Origin: Planctomycetota bacterium
GTDB taxonomy: Bacteria > Planctomycetota > PLA2 > JAEUHO01
Direction of reading: 5' to 3'
Assembly (NCBI GenBank): GCA_965222115.1
Contig: CBDCTJ010000007.1
Span: 1 to 64,000 of the forward strand
DNA length: 64,000 nucleotides
Under the pieces are notes generated by a model. The model saw only the letters and a program-made list of their open reading frames with translations. It did no database searches and was not told the origin of the DNA. Of this stretch, positions 28,758 to 38,253 are shown piece after piece; the stretch's first letter is position 1, and each line of letters starts with the position of its first letter. A program made the position numbers and the translations under genes.

Positions 28758-28773
28758 TGGCTCGCGTGTTGCA
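28758..28773 (+). promoter_or_regulatory. Putative sigma54 (-24/-12) promoter
   Basis: TGGCTCGCGTGTTGCA versus consensus TGGCACG-N4-TTGCW, one mismatch, within an 840-bp intergenic region. Confidence 0.55.
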
Positions 28774-28955
28774 TGACGAAGTATCGGGAGTTCTCCACGC
28801 GAGATGCCTCGAGCCAGTTTCGATTCGCGGCGGATGCACGCTCACCACTGGGCATGACCGTTTCGACAACGAACAACGCGAACACAAATAAGACAAACCA
28901 GCGATTTCAACGAACCAACCCTTCATTTCATTCATTCGTTTTTTGGAGAATACCG

Positions 28956-31154
28956 ATGCGTCGAACCGTACGCCTAGCCGGGCTATTCGTCTCCATCATC
29001 TCCCTGTCGTTTGCTAGCGCCGCCTGCGGCGGCGGTGGCGGCGGCGGTGGCGGCGGCGGAGCCCTCGAAGTCCTCACGTTCCAACCCGACGTGCTCTACT
29101 CGCATGAAGATGGCGCTGTGCGCATTCTTGGCTCGGGTCTCGGCTCCTGGCAGGACCGCGCAACGATTCGCCTCACGGCCACTTCGGGCACGCCATTCGA
29201 TGGCGGCACGTCGGCCACGTACGAGTTCGAAGCCGTTGTAGATAGCGCTCAGCAGATGCGCGCTACATTGCCCGCCACCTTGGTGGACATACCGGTAGAC
29301 GCCTACGTGACGGTCATTACCGCCGCAGGCGCCGAGTACACCACTGAGACTCCGATGGCGTTTCTGCAGCCTCAGCGCGTTCTGAGTGTTACGCCGGACG
29401 TGACGGAAGGCTCGGACCCCTCCGGTTTGGCGGCCCCCGTAACGTTTGAAATCAGCGGCGAAGGCTTCCAGCCCGTGGGCTCCGGCGTCACCGTGATCTT
29501 TGACGATCCAGGCCCGGGCGCATTCCTAAACGGAACCGCTCGTCAAGTACGCGCTTCCGGATTGGTTGAAAACGCCACAAAGATTGTGGGCACGTTCCCG
29601 ATCTCACAAGTGGACGCCACGATCTCGGCTAACGTTCAAATCGTGCTGCAGTCGGGCCAGGTCATCTCGAGCGCGAGCCCGCTAGTCACCTTTGAGCCTA
29701 CCACGTCATTCGTGTCCATCACGCCCGACGAGGTATACGACACCACAACGCCGGCATTCACGATCACCGGTACAAAGCTCATTCCGGGCCCCGCCACAAT
29801 TACATTCACCGCCAAGTTGGGCACACCCTTCAACGGCGGGACGTCGGCCACCGTCACAACGACGGGGAATGTGATTTCCGACTCGCAGATCGTAGGCAAC
29901 ATGCCCGATGCGGGCGGCATCGACTTCTCTGTCGAGTCCACCATCCTTATTGACATGGGCGGAACGCTCATCGGCTCGGGCTCGAACCCGGTCGTAACGT
30001 TCTTCCCGCCGCCGGAAATCTTAAGTGTGGATCCCGCGGCATTTGACAGCGGCAACCCATCACCCTTCCGCACGACGGGGCCAGCAGTCAACTTTGATAT
30101 CACGGGCGAAAACATGCCGGTAGGCAGCAATGCCGTAGTTACGTTCACCGCCGACAGCGGCACACCGTTCAATAATGGCACCTCGGCCACCACCGTGGTC
30201 AATGGCACGGTCACCGCACTGGACGCGATCGAGGTCACGAATATGCCCGATGTTGTGCTCGACGGCGCCATGAGTGCGGGCGACTTCGTCACCGCTTCGG
30301 TCAATGTCTTCTTCAACGACATCGGGACCAACGCAACGCTTCCGGCTGGCACGGTCACGTTTACGCAGCGCGGCGTGCCGTTCGTACCGCCGTCTTGGAC
30401 CCCGGGGAGTGCGTGGTTCAACGGATTCTCATCGTCCATCGGACCGGGAATGATGTATTGGGCTGGCTACGGAAGCGCGTTCTATTCGGAGAACTACAAC
30501 TTCCCGAGTTCGTTCACATTCCCGTATTACGGGACGAACATGGTCGCCATTCAAATGAACGGCCACGGCTTCGGCGACTTGAAGAGTTCCACATTAAGTG
30601 GGTCATTTATCTCTAACAACTCTGCAGTAGATAACCCGTCCACATCCGTGCTCTCCGGCAAGGATCGCTTGGCGATTAGCTGGACCCCAACGTTCGGTGG
30701 TTACTACTACGCGTACTACTTGCCGACGGCAACAGTGTATTACCACTGCCCGTTTGTTCAGTACGACGCGGGTACGGGGTCGATGTACTTCAGCCAAGCC
30801 ACATGGGCGCGGACCAATACCACATCGACGTCTACAAGCAGTGCCTATCGCATCTCGTCACAGAGCAAGGTGACACAGATGAGGATCTACAACACGGGGC
30901 GCATCGACATGATCTACCCCTTCACCAACACCATCACGGGCTCGCGCCTAACGGGTATCAGCAACTCGAGCGGAACGTCGGGCCATTCGACGGACTACTC
31001 GTCGTATGTCTATGGCACGAGTTTCGATAACGCAGGATCCGGCAGCTACATCTACGAGATCAAGTCCGGAACCCAGGACTTCGAAAGTGCCGATTGGATT
31101 GTGTTCCACCCCGATGGCATGGGTGGCATGGACTTCGCCAAGGGCAACCTGTAG
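28956..31154 (+). CDS. Lipoprotein with four Ig-like (IPT/TIG-type) repeats and an aromatic/Ser-rich C-terminal domain
   Basis: Signal peptide ending SAAC plus poly-Gly; repeats of A.xTFTA..GTPF.GGTSAT about every 105 aa; FTFPYYG..MNG motif; ATG 28956 after GGAG. Confidence 0.75.
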   Translation: MRRTVRLAGLFVSIISLSFASAACGGGGGGGGGGGALEVLTFQPDVLYSHEDGAVRILGSGLGSWQDRATIRLTATSGTPFDGGTSATYEFEAVVDSAQQMRATLPATLVDIPVDAYVTVITAAGAEYTTETPMAFLQPQRVLSVTPDVTEGSDPSGLAAPVTFEISGEGFQPVGSGVTVIFDDPGPGAFLNGTARQVRASGLVENATKIVGTFPISQVDATISANVQIVLQSGQVISSASPLVTFEPTTSFVSITPDEVYDTTTPAFTITGTKLIPGPATITFTAKLGTPFNGGTSATVTTTGNVISDSQIVGNMPDAGGIDFSVESTILIDMGGTLIGSGSNPVVTFFPPPEILSVDPAAFDSGNPSPFRTTGPAVNFDITGENMPVGSNAVVTFTADSGTPFNNGTSATTVVNGTVTALDAIEVTNMPDVVLDGAMSAGDFVTASVNVFFNDIGTNATLPAGTVTFTQRGVPFVPPSWTPGSAWFNGFSSSIGPGMMYWAGYGSAFYSENYNFPSSFTFPYYGTNMVAIQMNGHGFGDLKSSTLSGSFISNNSAVDNPSTSVLSGKDRLAISWTPTFGGYYYAYYLPTATVYYHCPFVQYDAGTGSMYFSQATWARTNTTSTSTSSAYRISSQSKVTQMRIYNTGRIDMIYPFTNTITGSRLTGISNSSGTSGHSTDYSSYVYGTSFDNAGSGSYIYEIKSGTQDFESADWIVFHPDGMGGMDFAKGNL

Positions 31155-31204
31155 TCCCCAACGCGTGCGCGTGGCCCACTGTGTGGGCCGCGCGAGTATC
31201 GCCT

Positions 31205-31243
31205 CGAGGCCTCTTCGTAAGGAAGGGGCCTCGCTTCATTTTT
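31205..31243 (+). terminator. Probable intrinsic terminator
   Basis: CGAGGCCTCTTC-gtaag-GAAGGGGCCTCG then CTTCATTTTT. Confidence 0.55.
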
Positions 31244-31316
31244 GGGACTCGGACGCCTTGAACGTAACAATAGGCCTTGAAGTCGTACGTTCACATGGAA
31301 CACCTTGGAGCTACAG

Positions 31317-31814
31317 ATGAGTCCCACCGAATCCCCTCGCGTCGCCGTGCTTATGGGATCCACTTCCGACTGGGAAACCATGCAGCATTGCAGCCTAATG
31401 CTCACGTCATTGGGTGTCGCGCATGAATGCCGCGCAATTTCTGCCCATCGGCAGCCCGCAACACTGCACGCATTCGTTGAGGACGCAGAGAAGCGTGGCG
31501 TGTGTGTATTCATCGGCGCGGCGGGTGGCGCGGCACACTTGCCGGGCGTGCTTGCAAGCCTCACGGCGAAGCCCGTCCTTGGCGTTCCGATGAAGGGGTG
31601 GTCCACCGGAGGGCTCGACGCGCTGTTGGCCATTGCACAGATGCCCGGTGGTGTACCGGTGGGGACGCTAGCCATTGGCAAGGCCGGGGCAAAGAACGCG
31701 GCCATCCTGGCTGCGCAGATTCTGGGACTGCAAGACGACGTCGTCGCCAATGCCGTAGACACGTTTCGGGCAGAACAAGCGGCGCGCTCGACGGAGTTGC
31801 CCGCTGCATCGTAG
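31317..31814 (+). CDS. purE: N5-CAIR mutase
   Basis: VAVLMGSTSDW, SAHR, GAAGGAAHLPG, PVLGVP, QMPGGVPVGT, GAKNAA. Confidence 0.97.
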   Translation: MSPTESPRVAVLMGSTSDWETMQHCSLMLTSLGVAHECRAISAHRQPATLHAFVEDAEKRGVCVFIGAAGGAAHLPGVLASLTAKPVLGVPMKGWSTGGLDALLAIAQMPGGVPVGTLAIGKAGAKNAAILAAQILGLQDDVVANAVDTFRAEQAARSTELPAAS

Positions 31815-31823
31815 GCGGTCGCC

Positions 31824-32525
31824 ATGACACAGCCTACCCGCAAGCCCATGCGCCAAACGGGCCACGCGCCGCGCTGGATCCGTTGGCTGCGCCCCACAAC
31901 CTCGAAAGTCCTGCTGCTCGTAGGGCTAGGCATTGTCGCGGGTGGGCTCTACTGGTATTACGACGGCGGTCGCTACCGTTGGGTGAAGAAGCGATGGGGC
32001 GAAGTCGTGCCCGGTGTGATCTATCGAAGCGGCCAGTTGCACGCCAACTTGGTTGAAGAGACACTGCGTGACTACGGCATTCGCATCGTGGTGGATCTCG
32101 ACGAGGACAGGCCCAACGAGCCGTCGCCCAAGGCGGAACGAGCAGCCATCGCCAATTTGCGGATTCGCTCGGTCAACGTAGAGGGTTTGGATGGCTCGGG
32201 AATCGGAAGCCTCGATGCGTACGTCGTGGCCCTGCGCGAAATGAAGCAAGCTCATGACGGAAGGTTGCCCATCTTGGTTCACTGTGCGGCAGGCTCGAAG
32301 CGAACGGGCGCTGCTGTCGCATTCTATCGCATGCTGGTTCAAGGCTGGGACGGACCCACAACACACGCAGAGTTCGAACGCTACATCCGCTGGCATTCCA
32401 GGAGCACGCGACTGGCACGATTTATCCAGGCCTCGCTCAAGCCCCTGGCGACGAAACTCGTGGCTGCCGGAGTCCTACCTCACCTGCCTACCCATACGCC
32501 GCTCTTTGAGCCCGGTACACGGTAG
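31824..32525 (+). CDS. Membrane-anchored protein-tyrosine/dual-specificity phosphatase family protein
   Basis: N-terminal TM, VVPGVIYRSGQ, CX5R loop VHCAAGSKRTG. Confidence 0.88.
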   Translation: MTQPTRKPMRQTGHAPRWIRWLRPTTSKVLLLVGLGIVAGGLYWYYDGGRYRWVKKRWGEVVPGVIYRSGQLHANLVEETLRDYGIRIVVDLDEDRPNEPSPKAERAAIANLRIRSVNVEGLDGSGIGSLDAYVVALREMKQAHDGRLPILVHCAAGSKRTGAAVAFYRMLVQGWDGPTTHAEFERYIRWHSRSTRLARFIQASLKPLATKLVAAGVLPHLPTHTPLFEPGTR

Positions 32526-32534
32526 CCCGCCGAG

Positions 32535-33299
32535 CTAGTCGTCTTCGGTGGGCAGTGGTGTTGGCTCATTGGCGGGCGGCTCTTCCGTGGGCATGGCTTG
32601 GGCCTGCGGCGGAATGAATCGGCGTAGGAAGCTCTCTGCGTCTGCTACAGTCAAATGGCGGTTAAAGACGCGGCGGTACTCGTTGGCAAGCTTGATCTTC
32701 TCTTCCCGGATCGCCTCAATTGGAAGCTGTTCTTCTGCGCCACGTCGGCGCAACGCGTTGAGCTTACCACGCAGTTCTTGCCCGCGTCGAACGAGCCGGG
32801 GCTTGTCTTCCTCGCTTATCTTGATACCGCTCTGTTTAATTATGGCGTCGTACCGCCTTAGCTCTTCGGCAACGGCTTCTTCACGACGAACTTCGGCGAT
32901 CAAACGCTTGATCACCTTGACCGCCTCAGGGTCCGTGGACTCTTTCGTAATCAAACGCGTAATCTCAAGCTCCCGAGGCGACGGAAGACCCTTGGGTCGC
33001 TTCACACTAGCGTCGCTGCCGCCTTTGGCTTGAAGCGCCTTATGCGCCTTGTCCATGAGCTGTGCCATCTGCATTTCGAGCTGCGCGAGTTTGCGACCGA
33101 AGTGCTTGGGCGACTGCTCGCCCTCAAGCCGGCTCGACTGCAACGTCTGGAGTGCGCGAAGTTCATTTTCAAGTCGCTCAAGACGATCGGCATCGATTTC
33201 CGTAGGTGCGCCCGCGGTGGGCTCCTTGAGCGCGTCGTAGGTGAAGATTCCAGCCGCGACCAAGGCTGCGGTAAGCAGGAACGTTTGAACGAAATTCAT
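32535..33299 (-). CDS. Hypothetical membrane-anchored helical protein
   Basis: N-terminal TM then coiled coil; GGAG RBS before ATG 33299. Confidence 0.65.
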   Translation of the reverse strand: MNFVQTFLLTAALVAAGIFTYDALKEPTAGAPTEIDADRLERLENELRALQTLQSSRLEGEQSPKHFGRKLAQLEMQMAQLMDKAHKALQAKGGSDASVKRPKGLPSPRELEITRLITKESTDPEAVKVIKRLIAEVRREEAVAEELRRYDAIIKQSGIKISEEDKPRLVRRGQELRGKLNALRRRGAEEQLPIEAIREEKIKLANEYRRVFNRHLTVADAESFLRRFIPPQAQAMPTEEPPANEPTPLPTEDD

Positions 33300-33530
33300 G
33301 GCTGTGCTCCGCGTGGCTGCCTGGGAAGACGGGTTCACCTCCGGCAGCGTCCATTCGATATCCGTAGCCTCGCTGAAAATTACCCTAAGAAGGGGCGTCC
33401 TTCTTCGTTGAACAGATGGAACGGGCGGAACCAGGCGAGTTTTCTCGTTGTTCGGTCACCGCCTACAAACCCAACACGCTCAGCTCCGTTCAGTCTAGGT
33501 GAGTCTTGATGACTCGTTGGAGGGTCTCTC

Positions 33531-34193
33531 GTTTCCTCGTCATCCTCACCGCCCGATATCAGCCGCCCCTCGGCCTGGATCGAAGACGCGCTTGAGCGAC
33601 TCGAGGCACCGCTTGTGCGCTACGCCAAGCGGCTGCTTGGCGGCGATACGGAACGGGCGCGTGACGTGGTGCAGGAGTCGTTTCTGCGACTCTGTCGTGA
33701 GGCACGACGCCTGGGGGTTGAACCCGAGCGACGCGAGCAGTTGATCAAGCATGCGGATGAGTGGCTCTACCGGGTTTGTCGCAATCACGCCATCGACATT
33801 TTACGGAAGGAGAAGCGTATGCACACGCTCACCGACGCACTACTCGTTGCGAACGAGTCGCCGACGCCGGACGCTGCGGTCTCACGATCCGCCACGTCGA
33901 TATCCTCACCACCGGGAGCACTGCTCGAAGAACAGGAACGTCGCCGAACGATTCAAGCGTCGATACGACAACTCAATCCGCGCCAACAAGAACTCGTGTT
34001 CCTCAAGTTCGAAAGCGGGCTTAGCTACAAGCAGATCGCGTCCATTACCCAGCTCTCTACGAGCAATGTGGGCTACATCCTGCACACCGCAATGCGTGCC
34101 CTACGGCAATCGCTATCGACTTCATCCGCGTCCCCACCAACATCAACTTCCATGGCCGCCGCTTCGATCGCCGCCACCGAAAGGAGTGCCTAA
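33531..34193 (+). CDS. ECF sigma-70 factor (start uncertain: GTT 33531 or GTG 33615)
   Basis: ARDVVQESFLRL, WLYRVCRNHAID, QQELVFLKFESGLSYKQIA..NVGYILH; TAATG coupling to the next gene. Confidence 0.88.
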   Translation, partial: VSSSSSPPDISRPSAWIEDALERLEAPLVRYAKRLLGGDTERARDVVQESFLRLCREARRLGVEPERREQLIKHADEWLYRVCRNHAIDILRKEKRMHTLTDALLVANESPTPDAAVSRSATSISSPPGALLEEQERRRTIQASIRQLNPRQQELVFLKFESGLSYKQIASITQLSTSNVGYILHTAMRALRQSLSTSSASPPTSTSMAAASIAATERSA

Positions 34194-37051
34194 TGTCTCT
34201 CCCTACTAACAGTTCGCCATTCGACGACGCGCGCCTTACCGCTTATGTGCTTGGCGAGTTGAATGAATCCGATCGATCCGCTTTCGAGATCGAGTTGAAT
34301 TCGAATCCGGCGTTGCAGACAGAACTCGAAGCGATGCAGTCAATTTCTGGCGATCTGCAAGCTGTGCTTGGGCAGGCTGTGATCGGACGGGCTGTGAGCG
34401 GAACGAGCGGCGAATCGCTCGGGCAGTTACAACGTGCGTCGGTGTTGAATGAAGCTACTGTCGCGGAAGAGGCCACACCAAGAACAACCAATCCCTGGTC
34501 GTGGGTGCCCATGGCTGCCGCGGCGATGATGTTGTTCATGGTGGGTGCCGTCGCAATGCTTGCGAGTAAACAACAGTCATCTGTTTCGCGAGAGGAAGCG
34601 AGACAACAAGGCGTCTACTTCAGCGTAAACGATGGCGATGTTGAGGGGCGCGTACTTGACAGCATGAAGCTCGATGAGTTTCGCGAGGTCGACCGCGCGT
34701 TGAAATCGTCGAAAAAGGGCGGGGCTGTGATGCATGACGATTCGACGGAGGTCACCGAACAAGAGGTCGTAACCGAAGAGCCTCTAATTGAGGATGAAAG
34801 TCTGGCCGACCATCCTGAAACCGACAATGATCTCCCCTACCAAGAATCGTTTGGCGAAACGACAGGGACGGCGCCCGCCCCCTTCAATGGCCCATCGACG
34901 AATGGTGTGATTGGCGTGTCAGGAGGCAGTGGCGGCGCGTTTCAAGGACGAGGAGCAGGGCGCGCTCCAGCTGCCGACCGAAGAATTCCTACAGCAACTC
35001 GGCCTGTGGGTAAGGCGGCGCCTAACCCACACATCAACTCGGGTCCTATGCCTGCTACGACTCCCGCGCCAGGCTCATCTCCGCTTCCCCTGGGCCCGAC
35101 GACGCCTCCTGTGTCGCCTAGCCCTATGTTTCGGCGAGGGCCAGGCTCCGGATCGGGGAAGGCCGCCTCGCCCGTCGCTGGAACAATTGTGCTTGATCCG
35201 CGTTCGCAACCTGTGGAGTCAACGGTATCCACACGGGTTCTCTCTCGCCCGGTGTCTGCTCGCACCGAGACCATACCGGCCGAGTATCGAACGATTCAAG
35301 AGCGGGTGCGATTGGCTGACGGCACGTATGGGACTCGCGAGCGACAAGTCCTTGTTCGCCCTGCAAGTACTCGCCAGATTCCTATACCCGCACAGTACAT
35401 GACGATTCAAGACAGAGTCAAAGTGCAACGGGGCCTCCATGGAGGATTGTTTGTTGTAGCGCGACTTCAATCCGTGGACGGCAAGCAGGTTTGGGTGCAG
35501 CTTCCGACGCCCGTTCCTCATTCGCTCGCGGGCGAGGCTCCCGGCACCGAACAATACGATCCGATTCCGGAGTCGCCATTCGTTGACGCGAAGACGCACC
35601 ACACCTCAACGTTTAGCGTTGACGTGGATACAGCCAGTTACGCCAATATGCGCCGTTTCTTGAGCTCGGGTCGTTTGCCGCCGCACCACGCGCTGCGCCT
35701 CGAAGAGTTGATCAACTACTTCGACTACGGCTACGACGCCCCCACGGCGAAGGACAAGCACCCCTTCAATACGCATGTGCAGATCGTTACGTGCCCGTGG
35801 AATCCACGTCATCGCTTGGCGCGCATTGCCTTGAAGGGACGCGAGATTGACCGCAAGGCGCGGCCCGCCAGCAACTTGGTGTTCTTGGTGGATGTGTCGG
35901 GCTCGATGGCCGCGGCCAACAAGTTGGGCCTTGTCAAGAAGAGCCTCACCATGCTCGTCGAGCAACTCGATGAACGCGATCGCATTGCCATTGTGACGTA
36001 TGCCAGCTCGTCGGGCGTTGCACTTGCCTCCACACCGTGCAATGAGCAGGGCAAGATCATGGCGGCCATCAACGCGCTTTCCGCGGGTGGCAGCACCAAC
36101 GGCGAAGCGGGCATCAAGACGGCCTACGAGACGGCCAAAGCCCACTTCATCAAGGGCGGCACCAACCGCGTGGTGCTCGTGACCGACGGCGATTTCAATG
36201 TGGGCACCACCGACAACGACGAGTTGACCGCGCTCATCAATCGCAACGCCAATGAGAAGAAGATCTTTCTTTCGATTCTTGGCTACGGCATGGGCAACTA
36301 TCAAGATGGTCGCATGGAGGCGCTGTCCAACAAGGGTCAGGGCAACTATGCCTACATAGACTCAGTTGACGAAGCTCGCCGTGTGTTGGTTGAGAAGCTC
36401 ACCGGCACGTTGCTCACGATTGCTAAGGATGTGAAGGTACAGGTCTTCTTCAATCCACAGAAGGTGGCGTCGTATCGTTTGATTGGGTATCAGAACCGCG
36501 CCCTTGCCGCCGCCGACTTCAACAACGATCGCAAAGACGCAGGTGACGTCGGTGCGGGACATGAAGTGACGGCGCTGTATGAGTTGGTGCCTGTAGGCAC
36601 GCCCCCGCCGTCTCCGGAGGTGGATCCCAATCCTTTTGTGAATGCACCCAAGCAGGACGCCACCACGCCCGTCAAGGCCGAGAAGGACGACGCGCCCGCG
36701 CGTCCCGAAAGCTTCCGCTTGCGCCTGCGTTACAAGCTGCCCGAGAGCGACACGAGTGTGCTCATGGAGCAGGACGTAGCCGATCAGGGATTGACGTTTG
36801 ATAAGGCCGATCGTGCGTGTCAGTGGGCCGCCTCCGTGGCCTTGTTCGGTCAAGTGCTTCGCGGTTCGCGCCATGTGGGCAGCGGTGCGCTCGACGCAGT
36901 ACTCGAGACGGCTTCCGCATTAGCCGAAGACGCCGACACGCTCTACGAAGTCGCGCCGGAAGACGAATCGCTGCGCGGCAAGGGCGCCGAACTCAATCAG
37001 TTTGTCGAACTCGTGAAGCGCGCCAAGCAGCTAGGTGCAGGCAGCCGGTAG
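34193..37051 (+). CDS. Anti-sigma-like N-terminus, TM and YfbK-like vWA domain protein
   Basis: DARLTAYVLGEL; TM; STFSVDVDTASY, EELINYF.Y, NLVFLVDVSGSM (MIDAS), TDGDFNVG, TIAKDVK.QV.FNP, DFNND.KDAG. Confidence 0.9.
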   Translation: MSLPTNSSPFDDARLTAYVLGELNESDRSAFEIELNSNPALQTELEAMQSISGDLQAVLGQAVIGRAVSGTSGESLGQLQRASVLNEATVAEEATPRTTNPWSWVPMAAAAMMLFMVGAVAMLASKQQSSVSREEARQQGVYFSVNDGDVEGRVLDSMKLDEFREVDRALKSSKKGGAVMHDDSTEVTEQEVVTEEPLIEDESLADHPETDNDLPYQESFGETTGTAPAPFNGPSTNGVIGVSGGSGGAFQGRGAGRAPAADRRIPTATRPVGKAAPNPHINSGPMPATTPAPGSSPLPLGPTTPPVSPSPMFRRGPGSGSGKAASPVAGTIVLDPRSQPVESTVSTRVLSRPVSARTETIPAEYRTIQERVRLADGTYGTRERQVLVRPASTRQIPIPAQYMTIQDRVKVQRGLHGGLFVVARLQSVDGKQVWVQLPTPVPHSLAGEAPGTEQYDPIPESPFVDAKTHHTSTFSVDVDTASYANMRRFLSSGRLPPHHALRLEELINYFDYGYDAPTAKDKHPFNTHVQIVTCPWNPRHRLARIALKGREIDRKARPASNLVFLVDVSGSMAAANKLGLVKKSLTMLVEQLDERDRIAIVTYASSSGVALASTPCNEQGKIMAAINALSAGGSTNGEAGIKTAYETAKAHFIKGGTNRVVLVTDGDFNVGTTDNDELTALINRNANEKKIFLSILGYGMGNYQDGRMEALSNKGQGNYAYIDSVDEARRVLVEKLTGTLLTIAKDVKVQVFFNPQKVASYRLIGYQNRALAAADFNNDRKDAGDVGAGHEVTALYELVPVGTPPPSPEVDPNPFVNAPKQDATTPVKAEKDDAPARPESFRLRLRYKLPESDTSVLMEQDVADQGLTFDKADRACQWAASVALFGQVLRGSRHVGSGALDAVLETASALAEDADTLYEVAPEDESLRGKGAELNQFVELVKRAKQLGAGSR

Positions 37052-37162
37052 GGCCTTCGAACCGAATTCACAATTGGTGCCGGGAGCGAATTGTGTGAAG
37101 CGCGCCAAGCAGTTGGGTGCCGGTACCCGACAATCTCGAAAAAGGTGCCGGGTGCTTTTTTG
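37013..37162. repeat. Diverged direct repeat of the vWA gene 3' end interleaved with GGTGCCGG-core palindromes
   Basis: GTGAAGCGCGCCAAGCAG at 37013 and 37095; AATTGGTGCCGGGAGCGAATT, GGGTGCCGGTACCC, AAAAAGGTGCCGGGTGCTTTTT. Confidence 0.7.
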
Positions 37163-37203
37163 CAGGACAAGCACGCGTAGACGAACGCCCCTATCATGGC
37201 GCG

Positions 37204-37722
37204 ATGCGCTACCTGCTTGTACTCGCCGGACTGTTGGTCGCCGCGTGGGCGGTACATACGTTCGTCCTAGACCGTGAGGACACAGCGAACGAGCAGAATC
37301 CGGATGCGCCGCCGGGGTATCGCAAGCATGTTGCAGTCATCGATCCGTTTGCCGGTGACCGTGCCGCAGCCGAAGCCCTGGAAGCCAGCGCGGAAGGTAC
37401 CTACTTTGGCCAAGTAATCGTTGAGGACAACGACAAGGGACGCATCACAACAAACGTTACGCTTGAGCTTCGTGCGGAGAACGGGTTTCGACTTACGACC
37501 CAACGCGCTTGGAACTCCGGGCGCGACGGCAAAGTGCTCTCGGGCAAGTGGCACTTGCGCGGCGACCACTGTCGGCTCACCTACACCCACGTAAACGGCG
37601 AACCGATGAAGGAACGCCTGTCGGTCAAGAACCCATACGAGACCGACAAGATTACGTTCCCCGACGTTCCCGGCGCCGGATCTGTCGTGTTGCGTCGAAC
37701 AAAAATTTTGAATGTTCGTTGA
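37204..37722 (+). CDS. Hypothetical membrane-anchored beta-rich protein
   Basis: N-terminal TM; GTY..TLELRAENGF..SGKW pattern suggests a small beta-barrel. Confidence 0.6.
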   Translation: MRYLLVLAGLLVAAWAVHTFVLDREDTANEQNPDAPPGYRKHVAVIDPFAGDRAAAEALEASAEGTYFGQVIVEDNDKGRITTNVTLELRAENGFRLTTQRAWNSGRDGKVLSGKWHLRGDHCRLTYTHVNGEPMKERLSVKNPYETDKITFPDVPGAGSVVLRRTKILNVR

Positions 37723-37926
37723 GGTCCCCCGCCGTAGCGCGCCAACGTTTGTCCCATCCCTTCCCTGAATCCGAATCCTTTGCCGAACCCTCTCCCCCAA
37801 CCCTGCAAATAAGTGCCGGGTGTAAATGTTTGGGGATTTCACGAAAAAACGCGCGACGAGCACATGCCTCGCCGCGCGTTGCTTGGGATTTCGCGCGATC
37901 ATATGCCGAGCGATTCGTCTAAATGG

Positions 37927-38130
37927 CTAGTCCTTGACGATAAAGCTGACCTTCATGTTGACGCGGTACTCGACAACTTTGCCGTCTTTGACCTCCACCT
38001 TTTGCTCGTTAATCCAGGCACCGCGAATGCCTTTAATGGTCTTGGACGCGCGGGCGATGCCCTCGTCGATGGCTTCCTGGAAGCTCTTGGGCGAGGACGA
38101 GGAAATTTCTACTACCTTGGCTACGGACAT
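37927..38130 (-). CDS. Dodecin family protein
   Basis: SVAKVVEISSSSPKSFQEAI..GI.RASKT..EYRVNMKVSF. Confidence 0.92.
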   Translation of the reverse strand: MSVAKVVEISSSSPKSFQEAIDEGIARASKTIKGIRGAWINEQKVEVKDGKVVEYRVNMKVSFIVKD

Positions 38131-38253
38131 GCTGTCTCCTTCATTGAACTAAACCCTAAGACGCATCACTCGTGCGGAGTGAGTGACGAGACGGAACGCG
38201 CCCCTCATGCGGGGGTGCGGAAATCGTTTTGGTTGGATCGACCGGAAAGCGCT

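Noticed and set aside
37013-37135. Possible DGR variable/template repeat pair at a gene 3' end
   Set aside because: Too short, differences are not adenine-specific, and no reverse transcriptase is present.
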